From assembly GCA_023250955.1 (NCBI GenBank), contig JAHEZQ010000022.1:4958-68957 (forward strand): DNA of 64,000 nt, written 5' to 3'. This document shows positions 55,795 to 64,000 of this stretch, piece after piece. The stretch is from Melioribacter sp. Its GTDB lineage: Bacteria; Bacteroidota; Ignavibacteria; Ignavibacteriales; Melioribacteraceae. The position numbers and the translations under genes are program-made. Each line of letters begins with the position of its first letter. Position 1 is the stretch's first letter. The notes beneath the pieces were generated by a model. It was not told the origin of the DNA and made no database searches. It saw nothing but the letters and a program-made list of their open reading frames with translations.

Positions 55795-55992
55795 TTTGTG
55801 TATAACTATTAATTAGCCCGCAGCAGACTTCAACTCTTGGAATGTTATCTACCAACATTTATTTTGTTTTAATTAATTTGCAGACAGAAAAGGAAATCTA
55901 TTTTCTTTGTTCATATCTTCAAACAAAGTACCCCAATTATAGAAGCATTTTTGGTACTATCTCAACTTAGCTTAAAAGGAAATTGATGTCAA
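55795..55992 (-). promoter_or_regulatory. conserved 5' frame of locus B: promoter-like boxes plus structured leader
   Basis: Gene orientation: TTGACA (55992-55987), 17 nt, TAAGTT (55969-55964). Same two stems as in locus A. It ends GCGGGCTAATTAATA-GTTATACACAAA. Confidence 0.6.
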
Positions 55993-56070
55993 TACTTAGT
56001 TTACAGTAGACAGTTATCAGTAAACAGTTGCAGTTTTAATACTGCCAACTGTAAACTGCATACTGCAAAC

Positions 56071-56778
56071 TTATTCAAACTTTTGTAATTCTTTCATCGG
56101 CTGAGGCGAGATTGCGAAGCAGTAGAGCGGGTAAAGTGTGGTTATGGTTTTCATCATCTCGGGAATAATATCACTCGAGTATAATTTTTTTAGACTTGGT
56201 TTTTTCTTCTTATGAAGAATTATCATTTCAATTTCTTCCAGCTTGCCGTAATGTTTTTCCGCATTAAACTTTCCGACAATTTCTTCATCTTCTTTGTTTA
56301 ATTCATACAAACTGAAATTATCATTTATACCAAAACGGCCGCAGACGGAAATAATTTCTTTCTTGAACTTTGCCAAATTTTGTCGGAAGTAAAGATTTTC
56401 ACCGTTTGTGTTGTTGATGAATAATCCTATTTGATAGTCGTTAGGTTCAAAGTAGAGAAAAAATTCGCTGTCTAATTTAAATCTGCCGAAGTGAATCAAT
56501 AAAAATGCGCGGTAAGGATCGCCTTTTGAAAAACGCATATCTTTATTCAAACGCATTATTGTTTTGTTAAATTTTGGCTCGGTTCTAATTGCGGGATTAA
56601 GCTGGTTTAAGAATGGTGCAAGATCTGTAATAAATCCTTTTGCAGGTTCAACTAAAAATTTTTGGTACCGTTCTTTATTCTTATGAAACCATTCAACGGA
56701 ATTATTTTTATCTAAACCGCGCAGAAATTTAAAAATCTCTTCGCTGAAACCGTTGAAAGAATTGTTCTCGGATTTCAA
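56071..56778 (-). CDS. DUF2461 (TIGR02453) family protein
   Basis: 235 aa. N-terminal FSEEIFKFLRGLDKNNSVEWFHKNKERYQ is typical for this family. Confidence 0.75.
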   Translation of the reverse strand: MKSENNSFNGFSEEIFKFLRGLDKNNSVEWFHKNKERYQKFLVEPAKGFITDLAPFLNQLNPAIRTEPKFNKTIMRLNKDMRFSKGDPYRAFLLIHFGRFKLDSEFFLYFEPNDYQIGLFINNTNGENLYFRQNLAKFKKEIISVCGRFGINDNFSLYELNKEDEEIVGKFNAEKHYGKLEEIEMIILHKKKKPSLKKLYSSDIIPEMMKTITTLYPLYCFAISPQPMKELQKFE

Positions 56779-57416
56779 TACATTATCCCGACGGTAAGAG
56801 TTAAAGCAAACTGCCCGAAATTTTTTCTAAAAATATTAGTAATGTTTTCAATTCCATCACCCAAAACATAGGTGTAGTAATATCTAACATTTAAGCCAAT
56901 CAAATTTGATTTGCTCACCCCCATGTTAGCGCCAAATCCAACATACCCGCCAATAGCATATTTGGTTTGTGCAGAACCGAATGCATTAAAAAATTCTTTA
57001 TTGTAAGGAGTGGTTATAATTAAAGTTGGTCCAACACCGGCAGTTAAATATGGGCGGAGGTTTTCAGTTAAAGATTCTGAAAATAATCTGTATTGAACAC
57101 CAAAATTTATTGGTAGCTGGAAAGAACGGTTTACTTTATCTGGAGTAAAAGTATTTCCGAAATAATCTATGTATGTAACTTCGCGTTCATCTTTTGTTTC
57201 AGATATCGAGAAATCAATAAATCCGGTGAGATCAGTTCCTAACGATTTCCGTAAAAAAGTGCCGAGACCAAATCCGCCCTCGGTAAACATAACATCAACA
57301 CCCCAGGCGTTGTTTGGAAATATTTCCGGCGGCCGTTCCGGCGCTAGTTCGCCGATTTTTTGAGCACTTGATAAACCGAACGGAACAATTAATAGAAGAA
57401 TCATTAACGCTTTCAT
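56775..57416 (-). CDS. outer-membrane beta-barrel (OmpW/porin-like) protein
   Basis: 213 aa. Signal peptide, alternating hydrophobic strands, C-terminal aromatic residue (GIMY). Confidence 0.65.
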   Translation of the reverse strand: MKALMILLLIVPFGLSSAQKIGELAPERPPEIFPNNAWGVDVMFTEGGFGLGTFLRKSLGTDLTGFIDFSISETKDEREVTYIDYFGNTFTPDKVNRSFQLPINFGVQYRLFSESLTENLRPYLTAGVGPTLIITTPYNKEFFNAFGSAQTKYAIGGYVGFGANMGVSKSNLIGLNVRYYYTYVLGDGIENITNIFRKNFGQFALTLTVGIMY

Positions 57417-57547
57417 CTTATATTTCCTTTTGCTAAGCTTCTTATTAAAGATATGGATTATATGTTAAAAATCAACCGGAGAAATTAATTCACACTAGGG
57501 TTAATCTTAACTCTTAGACAACACAAACCAAAAATAAGTTCAAAAAA

Positions 57548-58045
57548 ATGCCTCTAAATTTAGAACTAAAAATCAAAGTAGAATCACATACAAAATTAAT
57601 AAATGCGCTTAGAAGAATAAATGCTGAAAAAAAAGGCATTCTTAAACAAAAAGACGTTTACTACAAAACTAGGAACGGTTTACTCAAACTACGTATAGAG
57701 GGAAGTTCCTACACTTTAATAAAATATTTACGTAATGAAAAAGGAAAACGTTGGAGTAACTATGAATTACTGCGGTTAGAAGGGAAGAATCCGGAAAAAT
57801 ATTTGAAAGATGTCTTTGATGTTGATACAATCGCTGAGAAAAAAAGAATTTTATATCTATATAAGAATACACGGATTCATCTTGATGAAGTTAAAGGACT
57901 CGGAAAATTTCTTGAACTGGAAACACTTTTGGTTTCAACACGAAAAGATGCAGAAGCGCGTTTTAAGGAAATAATAAAATTGTTGAACCTTGATCTTAAC
58001 AAACAAATTAGAAAGTCTTACAAATTATTAATGCTTAGTAAATGA
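57548..58045 (+). CDS. CYTH-domain protein (class IV adenylate cyclase / triphosphatase-like)
   Basis: 165 aa. N-terminal NLELKIKV ExExK-type motif. Size typical of CyaB-like CYTH. Confidence 0.7.
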   Translation: MPLNLELKIKVESHTKLINALRRINAEKKGILKQKDVYYKTRNGLLKLRIEGSSYTLIKYLRNEKGKRWSNYELLRLEGKNPEKYLKDVFDVDTIAEKKRILYLYKNTRIHLDEVKGLGKFLELETLLVSTRKDAEARFKEIIKLLNLDLNKQIRKSYKLLMLSK

Positions 58046-61000
58046 TTCTGACAAAAGAAAATATTGGAAATGTAAATGTTGATCTTTTGATTAGCGAAAA
58101 GATTGATGCATCCAAGCTGAGCGAATTATTGCTGATTGTTCCAACGAACCGTAAAGCAAGAAATCTTAGGAAAGAATTTATATCAAGAATTCCAAACCGT
58201 GCAACATCCGGATTAAATATTGAAACACTCGGAACGATTTCAACAAAACTTCTTTCTGTTTCACACCCCTTCAAGCAGTTGAGTGAAGCTGCAGCAACTG
58301 TTTTTATCAGACAAAGTGCTGCTGAAATTGAACTGAAATATTTTTCTCTTTATAAGAATGAAATTCCTTTTGGTGCGTTAGACCGGATAAAGAATGTAAT
58401 TTCAGAATACAAACGGCAAGGAATTACACCGAGCTTGTTGCGAAGCGAAGCCGGGAAGCTGGAACAATCAGAAAAGCAAAAAGCATTAGACATCGCCGAC
58501 ATTTATGAAAATTACCGCAATAAATGCTTTGCGCTAAATGCTTATGAAACCGGAGATATTTATTCTCAGCTGAATCAGCTAACAATCAAAGAATTTATTG
58601 TAAACTTCCGCAAACTGTATGATGAAGTTAATTTGATAATTATAGATGGATTCAATGAGTTTTCTAATCCGGAAATAGAAATCATTCAAAAACTTTCCAG
58701 CGTTGGCAACACAAAATTATTTTTGAGTTTCGATTATTCACCAAATAATAAATCAATCTTTTCCCATCTTGATAAATGTTACGATAAACTTTATCAACTA
58801 GGATTTATTAACATCGAAGAGAAAAACATTCATAACCAAAATAAATTTCACACGATCTTGCGTGATAAATTATTCAATTCGCAAAAGCTTACATCAAAGA
58901 TTGATTATACTGTAAGCATTTCAAAAATTATTGCCAACGACCGCGAAAAAGAAATCGAACTAATCACACGGGAAATAAAAAAAATAATCACTTATGAAAA
59001 TTGTGAACCGCATAGAATATGTCTAGCGTTTAATCTAATTCAGAATTACTCATCGACCATTAAAGATGTATTCGAGAAGTACGGATTGCCGTATAATCTA
59101 TCGGATAGAACACCGCTTGATAATTCTAATCCCGTTACCGCAATTGTAAATTTTTTAGAGATAGCTGAAAACGATTTTTATTTCAAAAACATTTTTCGCG
59201 CATTAAGCAGCGGATTCATAGATACTAATAATGTTGATGTCTCTAATCTTTACAGACTATCATCAGAATTAAAAATCGTTTCCGGAAAAGAGAATTGGAC
59301 CAACTCACTTAAAGATGCAATCGCAAATCTTGATTACAGCGGTGATGATGATAACGACAGCGACGCAAAGAAAAGCCTTTATAATAAGGCTTTGAGCGAC
59401 ATTCAATTTATATCGGAATTACTAAAACCTTTCGAAGGGAAATTACCGATTGAGGTATTTCATAAGAGGTTTAGTGATTTTATTGTTAAGACAAAAATTC
59501 CTTTTAAGCTTCTTTCGATAGAAATAGACCAGGAGAAAAATGTAAGAGCGTTTACCGATTTTCTTGAAACAATGTCTGAAATATTCCAGCTCTTATCCGA
59601 AGAATATGGTAATGAAAAAGCATTTACGATTGATTTTTATATGGACCAAATACGCACAGCATGCAACTGGGCGCGTTTCAATGTAAAAGAGAAATCAGAT
59701 TACGGCGTGCAGATCACTACTCTCGATGAAATTCGTGGATTGGAGTTCGATTATCTTTTTATAGGCGGGCTATGCGATGGGGATTTGCCTACGCGTTATT
59801 CACCGGAAATATTTTCTTCAGGTTCATTCAAGAAACAAGCAAAGATTCATCAAACCGAAGAACGCTACCGTTTTTATCAAGCGCTTTGTACATGGAAGAA
59901 GCAATTATTTTTGACTTACCCGCTGACCGAAAGCGGAAAAGAAATTATTGTCTCAACTTTTCTGGACGAGTTTGAGGAAGTCTTTTCTATTTCATCAAAA
60001 AATGAAAACGATTATGAAGACATAATTTTTTCGAATGAAGATTTGCAAACTCTTATTGGAAAAAACGGAACGGAGTCTGTCAGCGGTAAAATGAAAAGTA
60101 ATCTAACGGTTGATCTTGATAAAATATCACACGCACTAGAAATAGATAAGATCAGAAATTCTGAAGAGCAAGTTGAATCTCCGTATTCCGGAAATATTTC
60201 TTCCGATGATCCGGAAATCACAACTAAGTTGAATTCATTCCTATCAAAACAATATTCTATTTCACAGCTGGAAACTTACGCTAAGTGCCCGTTCAAGTTT
60301 TTTGTTGAGCGTGTATTGGGAATAGAAACAATTGAAGAACCAACCGAAGATATTGAAGCGATAGAAATGGGAAGATTGCTTCACTCAATATTATATGAAT
60401 TTTATTCTTCGCTGAGAGAGAAAAAAATAAAACTGGTTAATTGCGATGAAAAAACTTTTCAGCAGGCAGAGAAAATAATTTTTGAGATTGCTACAGACCA
60501 GCTTCAGTTAACGGCATTTAGATCGCCACTAACATTTTATGAACGCGAAAAAATTCTTGGTCTAAACGGAAATAAAAAAGAATCAATTCTGTATAAGTTC
60601 TTAGAGACCGAACGGAAATGCGAAGATGATTTTATCCCTATGTTCTTCGAGGTAAGTTTTGGAAGGTTAAAAGAAAGTGGTTCTGATAAAATATTAAGCG
60701 ATCAGGAACCGATCATAATTGACAACATAAAACTTCGCGGAAAGATTGACCGGATAGAGGTAGATGAAAAAATAAAATCATTCAACATTGTTGATTACAA
60801 ACTTAGCGGAGCAAAACCAAGTTTTGATGATCTGAAAACAGGAATATCGCTTCAGCTTCCGGTTTATCTTTTCGCTGCAAGTGAATTACTTAGCAGAAAA
60901 TTCAATGGTAAATATTCTCCCAATGAAATGTTCATCTACTCTTTGAAATATGCTGTAGATGATTTTGGAAAAGATAGAGTAACATCAACAAAAAAAGGAG

Positions 61001-61176
61001 ATGAGATTCAATCGGTGGAGCAGCTTGTTGATAAATCAATAGAACATGTTAAAAATTATGTTGAAGATATATCGAAAGGGAAGTTTTACCTCTCAAAACT
61101 TGAAGAAAGGGAAAACAAGGTATGCCGTTTTTGCCAGTTTAGAACTGTCTGCAGGATAGACGAGGTGAGCAACTAA
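58042..61176 (+). CDS. AddB-like PD-(D/E)xK nuclease family protein with C-terminal Fe-S Cys cluster
   Basis: 1044 aa. Degenerate helicase-like N-terminus (LLIVPTNRKARNL), C-terminal nuclease (CPFKFF ... GKIDRIE ... IVDYK ... CRFCQFRTVC). ATGA overlap with the CYTH gene. No AddA/UvrD-like gene is adjacent. Confidence 0.7.
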   Translation: MILTKENIGNVNVDLLISEKIDASKLSELLLIVPTNRKARNLRKEFISRIPNRATSGLNIETLGTISTKLLSVSHPFKQLSEAAATVFIRQSAAEIELKYFSLYKNEIPFGALDRIKNVISEYKRQGITPSLLRSEAGKLEQSEKQKALDIADIYENYRNKCFALNAYETGDIYSQLNQLTIKEFIVNFRKLYDEVNLIIIDGFNEFSNPEIEIIQKLSSVGNTKLFLSFDYSPNNKSIFSHLDKCYDKLYQLGFINIEEKNIHNQNKFHTILRDKLFNSQKLTSKIDYTVSISKIIANDREKEIELITREIKKIITYENCEPHRICLAFNLIQNYSSTIKDVFEKYGLPYNLSDRTPLDNSNPVTAIVNFLEIAENDFYFKNIFRALSSGFIDTNNVDVSNLYRLSSELKIVSGKENWTNSLKDAIANLDYSGDDDNDSDAKKSLYNKALSDIQFISELLKPFEGKLPIEVFHKRFSDFIVKTKIPFKLLSIEIDQEKNVRAFTDFLETMSEIFQLLSEEYGNEKAFTIDFYMDQIRTACNWARFNVKEKSDYGVQITTLDEIRGLEFDYLFIGGLCDGDLPTRYSPEIFSSGSFKKQAKIHQTEERYRFYQALCTWKKQLFLTYPLTESGKEIIVSTFLDEFEEVFSISSKNENDYEDIIFSNEDLQTLIGKNGTESVSGKMKSNLTVDLDKISHALEIDKIRNSEEQVESPYSGNISSDDPEITTKLNSFLSKQYSISQLETYAKCPFKFFVERVLGIETIEEPTEDIEAIEMGRLLHSILYEFYSSLREKKIKLVNCDEKTFQQAEKIIFEIATDQLQLTAFRSPLTFYEREKILGLNGNKKESILYKFLETERKCEDDFIPMFFEVSFGRLKESGSDKILSDQEPIIIDNIKLRGKIDRIEVDEKIKSFNIVDYKLSGAKPSFDDLKTGISLQLPVYLFAASELLSRKFNGKYSPNEMFIYSLKYAVDDFGKDRVTSTKKGDEIQSVEQLVDKSIEHVKNYVEDISKGKFYLSKLEERENKVCRFCQFRTVCRIDEVSN

Positions 61177-61257
61177 AACTTGGTAAAAACCGACTTCTTA
61201 AAGACGTAGGGTTCTTGTAATAGTTGAAATCAATACAATATTTTTATAAGTTTGGAC

Positions 61258-61290
61258 TGCCACTGCATAAAAGCAGTGGCAATTTTTTTT
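61258..61290 (+). terminator. rho-independent terminator
   Basis: TGCCACTGC-ataaaa-GCAGTGGCA followed by ATTTTTTTT. Confidence 0.85.
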
Positions 61291-61319
61291 ATTAGACCAC
61301 ATAAATAGGAGTTTATTAA

Positions 61320-61790
61320 GTGACGAATTTTGTCTACTTAAGCAAAGAGAGAATCAGAGAGCTTGAAAAAGAGCTTAGCGAAATGAAAAATGGCGGCAGA
61401 AAAGCAATGGCTGAAAGAATTGCTGAAGCCCGTTCTCACGGCGATCTTTCCGAGAATGCAGAATATGATGCAGCAAAAGAAGAGCAGGGATTGCTTGAAT
61501 TAAGAATCAGCAAGATGGAAGATGTCCTTTCCAGAGCGTCAGTAATTGATATTACAAATATGCCGAAAGATCAAGCTCACATTCTTTCAACGCTTACAGT
61601 GAAAAACATAAACAATTCCAAAACTTATAGATATACTTTAGTTTCTCCGGAGGAAGCTGATATTGATAAAGGAAAAATTTCTATTACATCACCGGTCGGG
61701 CAAGCTCTGATGGGTACAAAAATCAAGCAAGTTGTTCAGGCTAAGGTTCCGGCAGGTCTTATAAAATTTGAAATTTTGAAAATAGAATAG
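61320..61790 (+). CDS. greA: transcription elongation factor GreA
   Basis: 156 aa. GTG start after AGGAG. GDLSENAEYDAAKEEQ motif. Confidence 0.9.
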   Translation: MTNFVYLSKERIRELEKELSEMKNGGRKAMAERIAEARSHGDLSENAEYDAAKEEQGLLELRISKMEDVLSRASVIDITNMPKDQAHILSTLTVKNINNSKTYRYTLVSPEEADIDKGKISITSPVGQALMGTKIKQVVQAKVPAGLIKFEILKIE

Positions 61791-61822
61791 TTTTAAGAAA
61801 AATTCTGCGGATATTAACTGAG

Positions 61823-61849
61823 AGTCTCATTTGAGACTTTCTTTTTTTT
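61823..61849 (+). terminator. rho-independent terminator after greA
   Basis: AGTCTC-attt-GAGACT followed by TTCTTTTTTTT. Confidence 0.75.
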
Positions 61850-61864
61850 ATTGTCATTAATAAA

Positions 61865-63226
61865 ATGAAAAAGACAGAGCAAAAAGTTTTAAGATTTATT
61901 GAGCAGAATAAATTAATCTCTGCAGGCGATAAATTATTGGTTGCTTTCAGCGGCGGACCCGATTCTGTTTTTGCTTTGCATTTTTTAGAAAAGTTTAGAA
62001 GAAAATATAAAATTGATTTACGGGCTGTCCATTTTAATCATGGATTACGCGGCAAAGAATCCGATGCCGATGAAATTTTTTCCAAAGAGTTTTGTAAGAA
62101 AAATTCTACTCCGCTAGATGTTGTAAAACTAAATGTAAAATCATTTTCTAAGAAAAATAAAATTTCAATTGAAGAAGCTGCACGAACTCTCCGTTATGAA
62201 AATCTACAAAAGATTGCGGAAAAAACTCATTCAACAAAAATTGTAACTGCTCATAATCAAAGCGATAACACAGAGACAATCCTATTAAATTTATTCAGCG
62301 GTACCGGATTCTCCGGATTTAGCGGAATTCCAATCCAACGCGGAAATATTATCCGTCCATTCCTATGCTTGACTAAGCAAGAGATCAGTGATTATTTAGA
62401 ACATGAAAAAATTTCTTTCCGAGTTGATTCATCGAATATGAAGGATGATTATAAAAGGAATTATATCCGCAATAGAATTCTTCCATTGGTTCGGCTAAAA
62501 TTAAATCCTTCGGTTGATGAAGCATTGTTCCGCTCATCCAAAAATTTTGAGAATACGTTATTCCTTAATTATAAACTGATTGATCATATCGTTGCGGAAT
62601 ACGTTACACATAATTCAAATGAAGTAAGCTTTCCTTTACTTTTTGCGGATTTATTTGACGGGAAGATCCCGGGTGAGATTTTAAAAATTATTTTTAAGAG
62701 ATATCTAAAACATGAATTTGAATACGATGATTACGTTAAGATCAATTCATTGATCACAAAACAAAAAGGAAAGAAGATTCAGCTTTCTAAAACATTAGAT
62801 GCAATTCGTGAAGAAGAAAGTATTAGAATCGAATTAAGCGGTAAAACATCTAACCAAATTGTTACATTAAAAACTGGTAATCAGATTAAACTTGGATCTA
62901 AATTAATTGGCATAGAACAAGTGAATAGCGAAAACGTCCAATTCAAGAATAACGGAAAAATTGAATTTATTTCTGCAGATGGTATGAATGAAAATTTTAT
63001 TTTACGTACGTGGAAATTTGGAGATAAATTCAAACCGCTCGGTATGAAAAATTTCAAAAAGATTTCTGATTTCCTAACTGATCAAAAAGTTTCTGTATCA
63101 GAAAGAAAAAACCGACTTGTACTTACTAACCGGAACCAAATTGTGTGGATAGTTGGTTTAAGAATAGACGACAGATACAAACTGAATTCAAAAACAAAAA
63201 AGATTTATAAATTATGGGTGAAATGA
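61865..63226 (+). CDS. tilS: tRNA(Ile)-lysidine synthetase
   Basis: 453 aa. PP-loop SGGPDS. Conserved tilS-hpt-ftsH order. Confidence 0.9.
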   Translation: MKKTEQKVLRFIEQNKLISAGDKLLVAFSGGPDSVFALHFLEKFRRKYKIDLRAVHFNHGLRGKESDADEIFSKEFCKKNSTPLDVVKLNVKSFSKKNKISIEEAARTLRYENLQKIAEKTHSTKIVTAHNQSDNTETILLNLFSGTGFSGFSGIPIQRGNIIRPFLCLTKQEISDYLEHEKISFRVDSSNMKDDYKRNYIRNRILPLVRLKLNPSVDEALFRSSKNFENTLFLNYKLIDHIVAEYVTHNSNEVSFPLLFADLFDGKIPGEILKIIFKRYLKHEFEYDDYVKINSLITKQKGKKIQLSKTLDAIREEESIRIELSGKTSNQIVTLKTGNQIKLGSKLIGIEQVNSENVQFKNNGKIEFISADGMNENFILRTWKFGDKFKPLGMKNFKKISDFLTDQKVSVSERKNRLVLTNRNQIVWIVGLRIDDRYKLNSKTKKIYKLWVK

Positions 63227-63774
63227 AAAATCAGAAAAACGAGATTTGGGTTGGAACTGATAAATTTGTTCCGTTCCTATCCGAAGAAGAAATTCAGAAA
63301 AGAATTGCCGAAATGGGCAAACAATTATCGGAAGAGTATCAAGCAAAACTTCCAATATTTATTGGTGTGCTCAACGGTTCATTTATGTTCATGGCGGATC
63401 TTCTTAAACACGTTACAATAAACTGTGAAATGGATTTCTTCAAATTATCTAGCTATGGCGATGAAAAAATTTCATCAGGCAAAGTAAAAATGGTTAAGGA
63501 TTTAAACGCAGATATCAACGACCGCCACTTAATAATAGTTGAAGATATAATTGATACCGGTCTTTCAATTAACTACATCGAACAACTTATTAAAGAACAC
63601 ACGCCTGCAAGTTTGAAAGTAGCAACGCTCTTAGTGAAGCCCGAGAGTTTAAAATATGATGTCCAAATTGATTATATTGGCTTCAAAATTCCAAATAAAT
63701 TTGTGATTGGTTACGGTCTCGATTACGCACAGAAGTATCGAAATCTAAGCTCAATCTATGTTTTAAGTGAATAA
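63214..63774 (+). CDS. hpt: hypoxanthine phosphoribosyltransferase
   Basis: 186 aa. IVEDIIDTG PRPP-binding motif. Confidence 0.9.
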   Translation: MGEMKNQKNEIWVGTDKFVPFLSEEEIQKRIAEMGKQLSEEYQAKLPIFIGVLNGSFMFMADLLKHVTINCEMDFFKLSSYGDEKISSGKVKMVKDLNADINDRHLIIVEDIIDTGLSINYIEQLIKEHTPASLKVATLLVKPESLKYDVQIDYIGFKIPNKFVIGYGLDYAQKYRNLSSIYVLSE

Positions 63775-63791
63775 CGGAGAAAGAATTAAAA

Positions 63792-64000
63792 ATGCAAGAT
63801 ATTGTGAATAAATTATTCATGGCTGACGAAGGAAAAAAATCGAAACAGAACAAACCCAAGAAAGGATTTACTCCGCCTCAGAAACCGGATGGTGAATTTG
63901 ATTGGGGAAAAATTATAAAAACTGTTTTCAGCTGGGGCGCTGTTATTGTTGCCGCAGTAATTGTTATGCAGTTTATGAGAGCAAGTTCCTCCGGAAATGT
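63792..64000 (+). CDS. ftsH: probable ATP-dependent zinc protease FtsH, N-terminal fragment (runs off window)
   Basis: Own translation MQDIVNKLFMADEGKKSKQNKPKK...FSWGAVIVAAVIVMQFM (basic tail plus first TM). The call rests mainly on the conserved tilS-hpt-ftsH synteny. Confidence 0.55.
   Translation, partial: MQDIVNKLFMADEGKKSKQNKPKKGFTPPQKPDGEFDWGKIIKTVFSWGAVIVAAVIVMQFMRASSSGN

Noticed and set aside
55787-55858. Upstream start (ATG 55858) for the GIY-YIG-like gene
   Set aside because: The extension lies in sequence homologous to the noncoding leader of locus A and crosses the module inverted repeat. The internal ATG 55786 has a good RBS.
55993-56070. CAGT/ACTG-rich low-complexity stretch as a separate repeat element
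   Set aside because: It contains one bulged 10-bp hairpin (56024-56052) about 20 nt after the DUF2461 stop on the minus strand. That is most simply a weak terminator. It is not shared with locus A.

Overview
AT-rich bacterial chromosome segment. Gene content, a T9SS C-terminal sorting domain and sigma-54 usage suggest the FCB group, possibly Ignavibacteriota (inference only). Most of the window is housekeeping. It holds a thiolase, and oxidative pentose-phosphate genes in two blocks (zwf-pgl at 1.9-4.2 kb, gnd-tkt at 16.7-20.2 kb). It also holds Leloir genes (galK-galT, galM). A sigma-54-type promoter drives a REC-domain protein, a NuoE/NuoF-like pair and a 1251-aa NuoG/GltD-type fusion protein, followed by a probable histidine kinase and NtrC-type activator. 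Further genes: GH5, two M14 and one M48 peptidases, a DUF1800/DUF1501 pair, sdhCAB, obg, tRNA(CAU)-secG, rpsU, ECF sigma/anti-sigma, CYTH plus an AddB-like nuclease, and greA-tilS-hpt-ftsH. Accessory content has three parts. (1) An orphan operon of three EutN/CcmL pentamer paralogs, with no BMC-H shell gene in the window. (2) An IS200/RAYT-like Y1 transposase followed by ten tandem 25-26 bp REP-like hairpin units. (3) Most interesting: two minus-strand loci (9951-14181 and 53296-55992) share homologous noncoding frames but carry different nuclease cargo. The frame is a promoter plus structured leader at the 5' end and a 174-194 nt attC-like element at the 3' end. Locus A carries an OLD-family ATPase-Toprim protein, a DUF2130-like PD-(D/E)xK protein and a 214-aa protein. 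Locus B carries a HARE-HTH/GIY-YIG-like protein and a second DUF2130-like protein. Each of the four gene modules is bracketed by a perfect 10-12 bp inverted repeat with shared GTTA...TAAC ends and module-specific inner bases. That is the pattern expected for site-specifically integrated cassettes (integron-like logic), although no recombinase gene lies in the window. I read this as a candidate cassette platform for defence-like nuclease modules. The function is untested inference.
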